A stretch of DNA of 64,000 nucleotides from Eledone cirrhosa (GCA_964016885.1 OZ024741.1:414160001-414224000); one strand, 5' to 3'. Counted from the first letter of the stretch, positions 12,601-23,599 are shown. Notes: a model not told the origin generated them from the sequence alone. Program-made: numbers and translations.

Positions 12601-13116
12601 CAAAAGTCCCTGGCTTGGCAGTGCTACCGAGGGGCTCTACCCGTTCGAGACAAGCTCCACAGGCATGGGAGCCTGGGTAGAGATCCTTTGAATAAGATCT
12701 GTCCGAGATGCGTGCATGATGACGAAACCGTTGCGCACGCATTCGTACACTGCCCAGGCATTGCTGACCTGTGGGGCTATGTGGAACGACTACTGTCGAG
12801 GGTGGGACCAATCCGGTTGACCACCGAGTCCATTGTCACGATCAAACCGCCTCCCCCTTTCAAAAACGAAGGAGAGGCGGTTTTTCTCTGTGTGGTAGCC
12901 ATGGCTAAAGAAGTTGTATGGTGGACGAGGCTGAAAGGGCTGAGGTCAGACACCTTTCTCTCCGGCCAACAACTGGTCCCCTTTTTCAAATACCATTTTA
13001 AAAGAAGGATCAGAATGGAGAGAGAGGTGCTCTACCCCAGCAAGTTTTATGAAAGGTGGGTGAAAGTAGGGAGAATGGCCAGAGTGAATGGGTCTTCTCT
13101 CTATATCAGCCTGTAG
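9679..13116 (+). CDS. LINE ORF2: APE-like endonuclease + reverse transcriptase + C-terminal zinc finger (1145 aa)
   Basis: Endonuclease motifs LNVRG, AVYAP, GDWN, SYLDR, SDH. GPGYWKLN is typical of Tx1/L1. RT motifs KSPGLDG, FRPITLLN, DQSKAFDRV, QGCPLS, YADD. C-terminal CPRC...HAFVHC. Confidence 0.96.
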   Translation: MADIRVGFLNVRGLGLSWKQGKLLNDLRSHRMDVMAICESRISSEHQLAPLFDDFEIFASLCQPGGGGGVVVLLRKHLGLAIQKVHLDPEGRLVVLDVGSSESGALRLIAVYAPFWAARPEYFQRLETFLGTSRSLLLVGDWNGILDARWDYVGACANRGGCKSLKRLIGRFDLADRYRLDFPTVPLWTWTNRSGTSRSYLDRVLVRENDRDTFSCPKMFMVDYSDHKLVTCIANLDRTHRQGPGYWKLNLSLPRSKAYSKRISTLVKQNLTGAIVNNRWWSSLKRAIRIESIGFSQELARDRNKTERELVDRVEEAIRSGNVAGVLASRMALDQFFEVKHEGCVVRSKIRALGNEGAKAVSWARVTEAKSGNKSTIRSLKDQDGRVILEPGQMCAAFQRHFARLFERGGAPGETMDFNPYLDGLPRLSDAEAKSCERTISAAEIGAALSQCGKRKSPGLDGLPYELYVAMPDLFSDILEAVYCNWQQNGRIPSSVTKGVVTLVRKDENKGDDISNFRPITLLNTELKILAKVLAKRLALVVGNLVGEAQTCAIPSRSIHDNLHLMRYIIERVGNEPGFGGALINLDQSKAFDRVDHRYLDAVLAAAGFGPVFRGWIAAMHSSNVCSRVKVNGHLSEPFQIMRSIRQGCPLSSLLYVLALEPLLRKLERLQGIPLEPGLQKAASAYADDVTVMVSKTSQIGEIGTLLEEYERFTGAKLNRDKSVGLQLGTWRGKPMPSNDVVGRWTEGPVKLLGVWFGPDLQVEKNWNEVTARVFALTQKWAQCKLSLKGRAEVANTYIASVIYYRLTVVPCPVKRLAKMECALFQFLWNKRTPLVRRSICCQHPSKGGLGMPWLQMRKHALRLRHLQVFLTGQPVWAPFVRRAFPRLVSLTELQSWVKQRPRKVGDWHIECAQALTALWKADPAISGDSTSTFYRGLVRSRCDDALGEALGMEEDELASLFGRTFGPGPMDNFQKSLAWQCYRGALPVRDKLHRHGSLGRDPLNKICPRCVHDDETVAHAFVHCPGIADLWGYVERLLSRVGPIRLTTESIVTIKPPPPFKNEGEAVFLCVVAMAKEVVWWTRLKGLRSDTFLSGQQLVPFFKYHFKRRIRMEREVLYPSKFYERWVKVGRMARVNGSSLYISL

Positions 13117-13429
13117 GTGAAAGAAGAGGAAAAAGCGGAGACGAGGGAAGCACCTACTCTTTGTGCTCCTGAGGAGAAGGGTTACACATTTTTTCCGGGG
13201 TGTGTGCGACCCATGTTAATGCCCCCTCCCTATTGAGGACTTCGTTTGTTGTTGTTATTTCATTGTTATATTTTTGTACTCGTTAATTATATGTAAACTT
13301 CCCCCCTTGTATCTGTCCCTACCTTTTGTGCCCTAGTGGCAAATAAAGAAACCACTCTATATATACTATTGTATTTTCACGGTAAAGCCTTTACCTCACA
13401 TAATATCTCACATTACTCTATATATACTA

Positions 13430-13575
13430 CTAACAGAATGGCCCTGTGTCACTCGGGATTTGCTCTAGGGTTCTTATATATTTGATATATATTTATCCTT
13501 ATCGAGCCTCGTGAAATAAATACGTTTGTTTATATTTTGTTATTGTGTATGCAAAAATATCTGCACACGAATATA

Positions 13576-13621
<46 letters not shown>

Positions 13622-13903
13622 TAACAGATTAAAGTTTAAGCAAAGAATCGCTGCTTTCACCCTTAACGGGGTCTTCTGAAACTATAAAAAAATCAATCTG
13701 TGAACGCAGAAGTCAATATTTTGAAAAACGTTACACACTATATATATATATACACACACACACACTATATATACATATATACACACACACAGCATCATAA
13801 TGTCGAAATGCAGAGAACCAAACATACAGAGATATTATAAGGGTGCAATGTTGTAGCTATGTATCTATCTAAAAAGAGACAGACTAAGAATTATAGAGAG
13901 AGA
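13430..13903 (-). mobile_element. Probable non-autonomous Helitron-like insertion in the satellite
   Basis: Minus-strand end CCCGAGTGACACAGGG-CCATTCTG-TTAG|T resembles the hairpin+CTAG end at 21120-21147. The 5' boundary (TCTCTCTCTATAA) is uncertain. Confidence 0.5.
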
Positions 13904-13921
13904 TCGTTAAATCACTTAATG

Positions 13922-14177
13922 CTATTGTATTTTCAAAGTAAAGGCTTTACCTCACATAATACCTCACATATCATTTACATTATTCTATAAATACTATTGT
14001 ATTTTCACAGTAAAGGCTTTACCTCACATAATATCTCGCATAACATTTACATTACTCTATATATACTATTGTATTTTCACAGTAAAGGCTTTACCTCACA
14101 TAACATTTACATTACTCTATATATACTATTGTATTTTCACAGTAAAGTATTTACCTCACATAATATCTCACATAACA
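13922..14177. repeat. 72/60-bp satellite block between the two LINE copies
   Basis: Same monomer as 7126-7703, including a 60-bp variant lacking a 12-bp internal duplication. Confidence 0.93.
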
Positions 14178-17100
14178 TCTCGTATACGAGAGGCGTGCGT
14201 TGACGTGTGTGAACAAGCTCAGCTACCGAGTTGGATTTACTTACTCAAAAGTGAGTTTTGATTAATTTTTTATACTGTAATATACGTTAACCCCTTGCCT
14301 GGGTCGTCAAACTTAGAGATTATTTATTTTCGCCCCTTTGTTGCGGCGAATTTTCCTTTGAAAAATTTATTACGGCAAACTGATAGAAATGGACGGAATT
14401 TTCACATCTCATCCTAACGAGAAAGCCACGCCCCCTAAGAAAGGTGATACAGAGAAGCTAGAAGCACAAGGCTCTAAGTCTTCCCTCCTCACTTCTGCAA
14501 AAGAAACGTGGAACACGGAATTAAAAGAAAAATTTGTAAAAATGGGTGAAAACCCAGAAAGTCACATAAACGCAGACAAAAACAACAATGACAATAACAG
14601 CAATAGTCACAACACCAACCAAGGAAAAAATAACGATAACACCAAACAAAGCGAACCCACTACTGGTGCCTCCTTTGCACAGGCGGTCCGGAAAACACAG
14701 ACCTGCAAGCAACTGGACATTACAACTCTGAGAGAAAAGATGAAGCAAGCAAAACAGTATGTAACTTTCAAAGAAGGAGGAGACTTCACAATCACCCCCC
14801 CCCCCACAAGAAATCAAAAGAGACACGACACTAAGAACGTTATCTTCCAGAACAATTGCCAATATGACAAGGAAACCAGCTCAATTATCCCAAAAAGAAA
14901 TTGAGCTGGTCCTAAAAAATGTGTGGAGTGATATATCGTTCATACAAAAAGGGCCACTCTATGGGAATATAACGGTGCTAATGAAGGATCAATTGACGGC
15001 CAGGAAATATTCTGTGGCGCCAATTGTTTCCAAGCTACACACATTTTCCCCCACATATTTGGGGAAAAGAACGCAGAAAATAAGAGTCTCCGGAATCCGG
15101 CCAAATGCATGCATTTCCTGGGTACTAACAGGATTTTTAGAAGACGAGGACGAAATCCTTTCAGTAGGAGAAGTCATCACAGACGTTTTCGGCGGTTTGA
15201 GCGTGGAGGTTCTGGTTCAAATGAGACCAGAACGAATAGCTAGAATACCACAGAGGGTGTCCCTCGATAGAGAAACATTTATATACATTTCAGCCGAGGG
15301 TAGGAGGCCCATATGTTACTACTGTTCAAGCAGGGGTCATCTAAGGGCTGCCTGTCCTCAATTGACAAAAAAAAGGCTCTTTTGCCTACACCCCACACAC
15401 CACCACCGCCAGCACCACTACCACCACCACAACAACAACAACATGGAAAAATAACACAAGACACGGCCCCACCCAAAACAACTCCAAAAACACACACAAA
15501 CACAACAAAACCCCAAAATACACCACTACCCGACAGCACGGACGAGGACCCAGCTGAAACGGCACCTAGTGACGAAGAGGGGGAACCCTTCCAACCTGTA
15601 AAAAGGAAAAAAAGAAAGCACCACTCGAACATAAACGAAACAAAGACACAACCACCAACAAAAACAAAACAAACAGAACAAACTAAATCCGCCCCACCCC
15701 AAAACATAACACATACAACAAAACGCAAGCACACACAAGAACAACAAACAAACACAACACAAATAAAACAGTATACATACATTAACACAAATAACAAAGA
15801 ACTAGTAAAAACAATACACAAAGACCCTTCGGTGGAAACTGAAGGGCAATTCTTTGCAAGCGCGGCAAACAAACCGCATTTAAAAATGATAAGACTCCCA
15901 ATGGACACCTATGCAAAACTAAGAGAGAACTTTCCTGAGGACGTGGGGAAAACATGTACTCGACCCTATAACCGCGTCCTCTTGAAACGTTTCCCCACCC
16001 ACACCTCACCAAACACCCCCACCCCACCACAGAACAACACCCCACCAATACGCCCATGGATATTGTGCAACCTGCTCTTCAGGAGCCGAAGAGGAAGGAC
16101 CTTCCTCTTTTAACCAACATGGCTGATATAAGAGTTGGGTGTCTGAATGTACGCGGCCTGGGACTGTCTTGGAAACAAGGCAAACTTTTAAACGATCTCA
16201 GGTCGCATAGAATGGATGTAATGGCTATTTGCGAGTCCAGGATCAGCAGCGAACGCCAACTGGCGCCCCTCTTCGACGACTTTGAGATCTTCGCATCTCT
16301 CTGTCAACCGGGGGTGGGGGTGGAGTTGTCGTTCTGCTGCGAAAACACCTGGGCCTCGCCATACAGAAGGTGCACCTGGACTCGGAGGGTCGACTGGTGG
16401 TTTTAGACGTCGGCAGTAGTGAAAGTGGAGCCCTTAGACTAATTGCTGTGTACGCCCCTTTTTGAGCAGCGCGGCCGGAATACTTCCAACGTCTGGAAAC
16501 TTTTCTGGGAACGTCCCGCTCCTTGCTTTTAGTTGGGGACTGGAATGGTATCCTGGATGCACGTTGGGACTATGTAGGGGCATGTGCCAATAGAGGGGGT
16601 GTAAAAGCCTCAAAAGGTTAATCGGCCGATTTGACCTGGCCGATAGATATCGACTAGATTTTCCGACTGTACCACTATGGACGTGGACCAATCGCAGCAG
16701 AACATCTAGGTCGTACCTAGATAGGGTCCTAGTTAGAGAGAAGGATAGGGACACATTTAGCTGTCCAAAAATGTTCATGGTTGACTATTCGGATCACAAG
16801 TTAGTGACCTGCATAGCCAACCTTGATAGAACCCCTAGACAGGGACCCGGTTACTGGAAGCTGAACTTGTCCTTACTGACAAGCAAAGCTTACAGCAAAC
16901 GGATTAGCATGTTAGTTAAGCAGAGTTTGACAGGGGCAATTGTCAACAACAGGTGGTGGAGCTCTCTTAAGAGAGCAATTAGAATAGAGTCGATAGGTTT
17001 TAGTCAGGAATTAGCAAGGGATAGGAACAAGACGGAAAGGGAATTAGTAGATAGAGTAGAAGAGGCGATTACGAGTGGCAATGTAGCCAGCGTGCTGGCA

Positions 17101-19482
17101 TCAAGAATGGCCTTAGACCAGTTCTTTGATGTGAAGCACGAGGGCTGCGTTGTCAGGAGTAAAATACGTGCTCTGGGTAATGAGGGAGCCAAAGCTGTTA
17201 GCTGGGCCCGAGTGACAGAGGCAAAAAAGTGGGAACAAGTCCACGATTTGGTCTTTGAAGGACCAGGATGGGCGTGTGATCCTTGAACCTGGGCAGATGT
17301 GTGCGGCCTTTCAGCGGCACTTTGCACTACTGTTCGAGAGGGGCGATGCGCCGGGCGAGACTATGGATTTCAATCCATACCTCGACGGTCTGCCGCGCCT
17401 CTCGGACGCGAAGTCCTGCGAAAGGCCGATTTCAGCTGTTGAGATAGGGGCGGCGCTGAGCCAATGCGGCAAACGCAAATCCCCGGGTTTCGATGGTCTA
17501 CCATACGAACTATATGTAGCGATGCCGGACTTGTTCTCCGATATCCTCGAAGCGGTCTACTGCAACTGGCAGCAGAACAGGAGAATTCCCAGTTCTGTGA
17601 CCAAGGGCGTAGTTACGCTGGTGAGGAAGGGTGAGAACAAGGGGGATGACATAAGTAACTTCAGGCCCATAACTCTGCTAAATACAGAGTTAAAGACTTT
17701 GGCCAAGGTGTTAGCGAAGAGGTTGGCGCTTGTCGTCGGAAACCTGGTGGGAGAAGCGCAGACATGCGCAATCCCGTCCAGGTCCATTCACGACAATCTC
17801 CACCTTATGCGATACATCATAGAGAGGGTAGGGAATGAACCCGGCTTTGGTGGGGCCCTGAGCAACTTGGATCAATCTAAAGCTTTCGATAGGGTTGACC
17901 ATTGTTACCTGGATGCGATGCTCACGGTGGAAGGCTTCGGACCCATTTTCAGGGGTTGGATTGCTGCGATGCACAGCAGCAACGTCTGCTCAAGGGTCAA
18001 GGTGAACGGCCACCTCTCGGAGCCGTTCCAAATCATGCGATCCATCCGACAGAGATGCCCTCTCTCCTCCCTTCTGTATGTGCTGGCTCTTGAGCCACTA
18101 CTGCGGAAGTTGGAGCGGTTGCAGGACATCTCTTTGGAACCGGGATTGCACAAAGCGGTGTCGGCCTACGCCGATGACGTGACAGTAATGGTGTCGAAAA
18201 CCTCGCAAATCGGTGAGATCGGCACCTTACTGGAAGAATATGAAAGGTTTACAGGAGCCAAGCTGAACCGAGACAAGTCCGTCGGTTTGCAACTCGGAAC
18301 ATGGAGAGGCAAACCGATGCCCTCCAACGACGTCGTCGGACGCTGGACGGAGGGCCCGGTGAAACTGCTTGGGGTCTGGTTCGGACCACACCTCCAGGTG
18401 GAGAAAAACTGGAACGAGGTAACGGCCAGGGTGTTTGCACTCACCCAGAAGTGGGCCCAGTGCAAACTATCCCTGAAAGGTCGAGCGGAGGTGGCGAATA
18501 CTTATATAGCATCCGTCATCTACTACCGCTTGACACATTGAAAGTGCCCAGGCTCTCACGGCCCTCTGGAAAGCGGACCCGGCAATCAGTGGAGACTCCA
18601 CCTCGACATTCTATAGAGGGTTGGTACGCAGCAGGTGCGACGATGCTCTCGGAGAAGCTCTAGGCATGGAGGAAGATGAACTGGCCAGTGTTCGGTAGGA
18701 CGTTTGGCCCTGGACCGATGGACAACTACCAAAAGTCCCTGGCTTGGCAGTGCTACCGAGGGGCTCTACCCGTTCGAGACAAGCTCCACAGGCATGGGAG
18801 CCTGGGTAGGGATCCTTTGAATATGATCTGTCCGAGATGCGTGCATGACGACGAAACCGTTGCGCACACATTCGTACACTGCCCAGGCATTGCTGACCTG
18901 TGGGGCTATGTGGAACGACTACTGTCGAGGGTGGGACCAATCCGGTTGACCACCGAGTCCATTGTCACGATCAAACCGCCTCCCCCTTTCAAAAACGAAG
19001 GAGAGGCGGTTTTTCTCTGTGTGATAGCCATGGCTAAAGAAGTTGTATGGTGGACGAGGCTGAAAGGGCTGAGGTCAGACACCTTTCTCTCCGGCCAACA
19101 ACTGGTCCCCTTTTTCAAATACCATTTTAAAAGAAGGATCAGAATGGAGAGAGAGGTGTTCTACCCCAGCAAATTTTATGAAAGGTGGGTGAAAGTAGGG
19201 AGAATGGCCAGAGTGAATGGGTCTTCTCTCTATATCAGCCTGTAGGTGAAAGAAGAGGAAAAAGAGGAGACGAGGGAAGCACCTACTCTTTGTGCTCCTG
19301 AGGAGAAGGGTTGCACATTTTTTCCGGGGTGTGTGCGACCCATGTTAATGCCCCCTCCCTATTGAGGACTTCGTTTGTTGTTGTTATATCATTGTTATAT
19401 TTTTGTACTCGTTAATTATATGTAAACTTCCCCCCTTGTATCTGTCCCTACCTTTTGTGCCCTGGTGGCAAATAAAGAAATC
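14178..19482 (+). pseudogene. Tx1-group LINE copy 2: both ends present but inactivated
   Basis: Highly similar to copy 1. Frameshifts split ORF1 (14389, 14864, 15313) and ORF2 (16056, 16771, 17255, 18676). TGG>TGA near 16463. A ~300-bp deletion at ~18533 corresponds to copy 1 ~12102-12402. Confidence 0.93.
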
Positions 19483-20066
19483 ACTCTATATATACTATTG
19501 TATGTTCACAGTAAAGGCTTTACCTCACATAATATCTCACATAACATTTACACTACTCTATATATACTATTGTATTTTCACAGTAAAGCCTTTACCTCAC
19601 ACAACATTTACATTACTCTGTATATACTATTGTATGTTCACAGTAAAGTCTTTACCTCACATAACATTTACACTACTCTATATATACTATTGTATTTTTA
19701 CAGTAAAGTCTTTACCTCACATAACATTTACATTACTCTATATATACTATTGTATTTTCACAGTAAAGTCTTTACCTCACACAACATTTACATTACTCTA
19801 TATATACTATTGTATGTTCACAGTAAAGTCTTTACCTCACATAATATCTCACATAACATTTACACTACTCTATATATACTATTGTATTTTCACAGTAAAG
19901 TCTTTACCTCACATAACATTTACATTACTCTATATATACTATTGTATTTTCACAGTAAAGTCTTTACCTCACACAGCATTTACACTACTCTATATATACT
20001 ATTGTATGTTCACAGTAAAGGCTTTACCACACATAATCTCACATAACATTTACATTACTCTATATA
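19483..20066. repeat. Satellite block dominated by 60-bp variant monomers
   Basis: 20-aa periodicity in ORF 19465-20046; AAAGTCTTTACC and TATGTTCAC variants. Confidence 0.93.
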
Positions 20067-21147
20067 TCATAATCTATAAAGCTCAGTGTGTGGTCATGCT
20101 CCTTTCTTATAGATATCTACGATATAGAATTTCTTCAATTGAAATTTACAATTCAGTATTCGAAATAGTTTCGATTGCGTCTTGGCACATCTCATTTTTT
20201 TAATTTCACCCACAATTACGCAAAAAATAGATAAAACTCAATATTTTACGATTTTTCTCTGTCATTTAAACTGCTAAACTCTTTCCACTACAATTCAAAA
20301 TCTATACAACGTCATACTTTCTGCTACTTTCTCTTTCCAAGCTTGATGGTGATACTGTCCGTTTTACTCTCTCATATCATCTGCTTTTTCCTCTATCTAC
20401 AACCCACACATTTTGCTACTTTCTCTTTTATACTTCAAATTATTACATTTCATACGAAACGACAATTATTCAAAAGCAACAGATACATTTATTCAACAAC
20501 AAGCGATAAATCTTTTTTAAAACCTCTTTTCCAAACGCATACAAACACACTTCAACAACAACAATCTGCCTTTTATAAACAATAATATCCTCTATGAGGT
20601 CACTAACCTGCTAGAAACAGCAGCTAACTCTCCCCCATACCACACCCCTCCCTACTGTCTTAAATTTAGAAAACATATCTTCTATGAGGTCACTAAACCT
20701 GCTAGAAACAGCAGCTAACTCTCCCCCATATCACACCACTCCCTACTGTCTTAAATTTAGAAAACACATATCCTCTATGAGGTTACTAAACCTGCTAGAA
20801 ACAGCAGCTAACTCTCCCTCATATCACAACCCTCCTTACTGTCTTAAATTTAGAAAACACACAGACAACCATGCAGAACAACTCCATCGCAGCTCTGTTG
20901 TTCGGCTGGCATCGTCTACGCGCGTGTTGCGCAAGTACTGTGAAACAAGAAATTTCAACACTTTTTTGCACAGAGATAATATCCATAGGCGAAACTACAA
21001 TTGTCACTGCTGGCGCAGCTCCTGCTTCCAGGTCTGCAATTCATTCACCCAGTGCCTGGCAGACAAAAAAGTGCTGCTATAAAATGGGTGGTGCAACCTA
21101 ACTTTGGTAACTTAATGACCCCGAGCAACGCCGGGCTTTAATGCTAG
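20067..21147 (+). mobile_element. Non-autonomous Helitron
   Basis: Begins TC after A. Ends with GC-rich hairpin CCCGAGCAACGCCGGG (21120-21135) and CTAG (21144-21147). No target-site duplication. Interrupts one satellite monomer at ACTCTATATA|(T)ACTATT. Contains three ~90-bp tandem units at 20586-20860. Confidence 0.8.
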
Positions 21148-21680
21148 AACTATTATATTTTCACAGTAAAGGCTTTACCTCACATGATATCTCACATAAC
21201 ATTTACATTACTCTATAATACTATTGTGTTTTCACAGTAAAGGCTTTACCTCACATAATATCTCACATAACATTTACATTACTCTATATATACTATTGTA
21301 TTTTCACAGTAAAGGCTTTACCTCACATAATATCTCACATAACATTTACATTACTCTATATATACTATTGTATTTTCACAGTAAAAGCTTTACCTCACAT
21401 ATCTCACATAAGATTTACATTACTCTATATATACTATTGTATTTTCACAGTAAAGGCTTTACCTCACATAACTCACATAACATTTACATTACTCTATATA
21501 TATACTATTGTATTTTCACAGTAAAGGCTTTACCTCACATAATATCTCACAGCATTTACATTATTCTATATATACTATTGTATTTTCACAGTAAAGGCTT
21601 TACCTCACATAATATCTCACAGCATTTACATTATTCTATATATATTGTATTTTCACAGTAAAGGCTTTATTTTACATAAT
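21148..21680. repeat. 72-bp satellite final block
   Basis: Same monomer; decays into unique sequence leading to the right TIR. Confidence 0.93.
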
Positions 21681-21849
21681 TATCCATGTAATTTTGATGT
21701 CACTTATTTTGACAACAATACCTTAATATAGATATGAGTAGCCAGTTACAGCTAGTTTGAACAGAAAGAGGTGAGAGAATTCTGGCCGGATATGGCCGGT
21801 TTGAATGCTAAAGGGTTAAGCCAGAAGGATTGTGAGGATGATGTTAATG

Positions 21850-22245
21850 TTGGTTTCATGGCATGTAGCTACTGAATGTACAAGACTCTCTCCCTGGACA
21901 GGACACCAGTCCATCACAGGGTTAAAGTTTGTCTCAAGACCAGATGTTCATCAGGCTGGTGCTTATCTCAGTTTCCATGGTATGAGGTGACTGACAGTAC
22001 AAGACTTCCTTCTGGACAGGACACCAGTCCATCACAGGGTTAAACCCTCAGCTATTACTAGTACTCGTTTTCAGCTGAGTATACTGTAGCAAAGTGAAAT
22101 GAAATGTTTTGTTCAAGAACACAACACACAACCCAGTCCAAGAATCAAACCCACAACATTAGATTATAAGTCCAAGAACTTTACCACTTGGCCAATGTGA
22201 AATGCAGTGTTTTGTTCAAGAACACAACACACAACCCAGTCCAAC
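21850..22245 (-). mobile_element. Degenerate SINE-like remnant with internal duplications
   Basis: CTGGACAGGACACCAGTCCATCACAGGGTTAAA occurs twice and TTTTGTTCAAGAACACAACACACAACCCAGTCCA occurs twice. tRNA-like head region on the minus strand. Confidence 0.45.
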
Positions 22246-23414
22246 ACCTTTACAATGAGTGGCACATGAAAAAAAAAGAAGTAAATAATGATAAATGTAA
22301 TCTGATAGATTTTCGTACTGTTCATCTTAACTTTTAACCTTCTGTAATGATTTAGCAGAAAATATCTGGAAAAAAACTATAGGTTTGTTAATTCAAATGT
22401 TTATAGTATCTTTACTAGTGGACAGATAGTTGTGAAAATTTGCAGTATTAGAAAAGAGGCTTTAATTTTTTATGAGATTTAGTCAATTATACTAAAAATA
22501 ATGTATCCGTTGTTGTTAATTTGTTCTTATCTCCTGTAATGATTTAGTAGAAAATATCTACAAATGGGTTTGTTAATTCAAATGTTTATAGTATCTTTAG
22601 TAATAAACAGATCATTGAGAAAATTTACAGTATTAATTTTCCCTGTGATGTGGTCAATTATACTAAAATATATATTTTTAGTATAATTAACATCAAATGG
22701 AAAATTAATACTGTAAAATTGATTGTAAAATTGATACTGTAAAATTGACAAAAGCTGAGAACAAAGCTTATCAAAATATGGCTTTCAGTATATCTCCCTG
22801 CTCCCAGCTTTCACAACAGATAAACTATAACGATTTATTGAGGTTTTTGGCTGATTTGAAATATTGAAATACAAACACATATTTCCTCCCTATAATGATA
22901 ACAGGGTTAGTCTCTGTAGTAGTTGCTGTCCTATTATTTTCTGTCTCTAAGGGTGTTTTATCTGATAAACTAACACTACTATTATTGCAGTGGTTTTGTG
23001 TTGGGATTTCAACATTACAAATGTCAAATTATCCAAAACCTCAATAAATCCTAAGATTTGTTTACTTCTATCTCTAGTTACTAAAGTTATTATATATTTA
23101 GTTCCTAATTTAGACAGAAATTGTTGTCAGCTACCATTTGGTGTCAAGGTTAACATTCAAGAGATGTAGACGTCACTTCTATGTAGTAGCTGCTGCTCAC
23201 TTATTTTCTGCCTCTAAGAGTATTTTAACTGATTTTCTAACACTATCATTGTAGTGATTCTGTTTGGATTTCAACATTTCAAATATTTATTATATTTAAT
23301 ATCTATTTTACTTTATCAACCCTATCATGACCACATTTATAATAAAATATACTCACTTTCAATTAATTACTGCAAAACTTTGAAGGATTAACTCAATTAT
23401 TATGTTCCTAATAT

Positions 23415-23592
23415 AATTGTCTCTACTTTTGGCACAAGGCCAGCAATTATCCCAGTGTATTACTGGTACTTTATTTTATCAACCCCGTACTGATGAAAGG
23501 CAAAGTTATCCTCGACGGATTTGAACTCAGAACGTAAAGGGCCGTAACTATGCGTCAAAGCATGGCGTCCGACGCTCTACCGATTCTGCCAA
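23415..23592 (-). mobile_element. tRNA-derived SINE
   Basis: Minus strand TGGCAGAATCGGTAGAGCG (A-box-like) ... GAGTTCAAATCC (B-box), then the conserved core shared with the other copies. Confidence 0.8.
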
Positions 23593-23599
23593 ATGGTCT

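Larger units (their letters stand above)
7704..13353 (+). mobile_element. Full-length Tx1-group (L1 clade) non-LTR retrotransposon, copy 1, intact ORFs
   Basis: ~210-bp 5'UTR, ORF1 with CCHC knuckle, 21-nt spacer, ORF2 APE-RT-zinc finger, and ~237-bp 3'UTR ending AATAAAGAAACC. Satellite on both sides. Confidence 0.93.
7114..21819. mobile_element. TTAA-flanked TIR (piggyBac-like non-autonomous) element expanded to 14.7 kb by internal satellite and nested insertions
   Basis: Left TTAATCCTTTAGCATT (7114-7129) and right AATGCTAAAGGGTTAA (21804-21819) are inverted complements (15/16). The 72-bp satellite starts inside the left end and stops ~130 bp before the right end. Confidence 0.75.

Noticed and set aside
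7126-14177. Satellite flanks interpreted as LTRs of an LTR retrotransposon
   Set aside because: No TG...CA ends, PBS, integrase or protease; the ORF2 is APE-RT non-LTR type.
8047-19118. Numerous antisense and alternative-frame ORFs within the LINE copies
   Set aside because: Shadow ORFs of GC-richer coding sequence; no recognisable motifs.
23500-23592. tRNA genes
   Set aside because: A/B boxes belong to multi-copy SINE heads; no complete cloverleaf.
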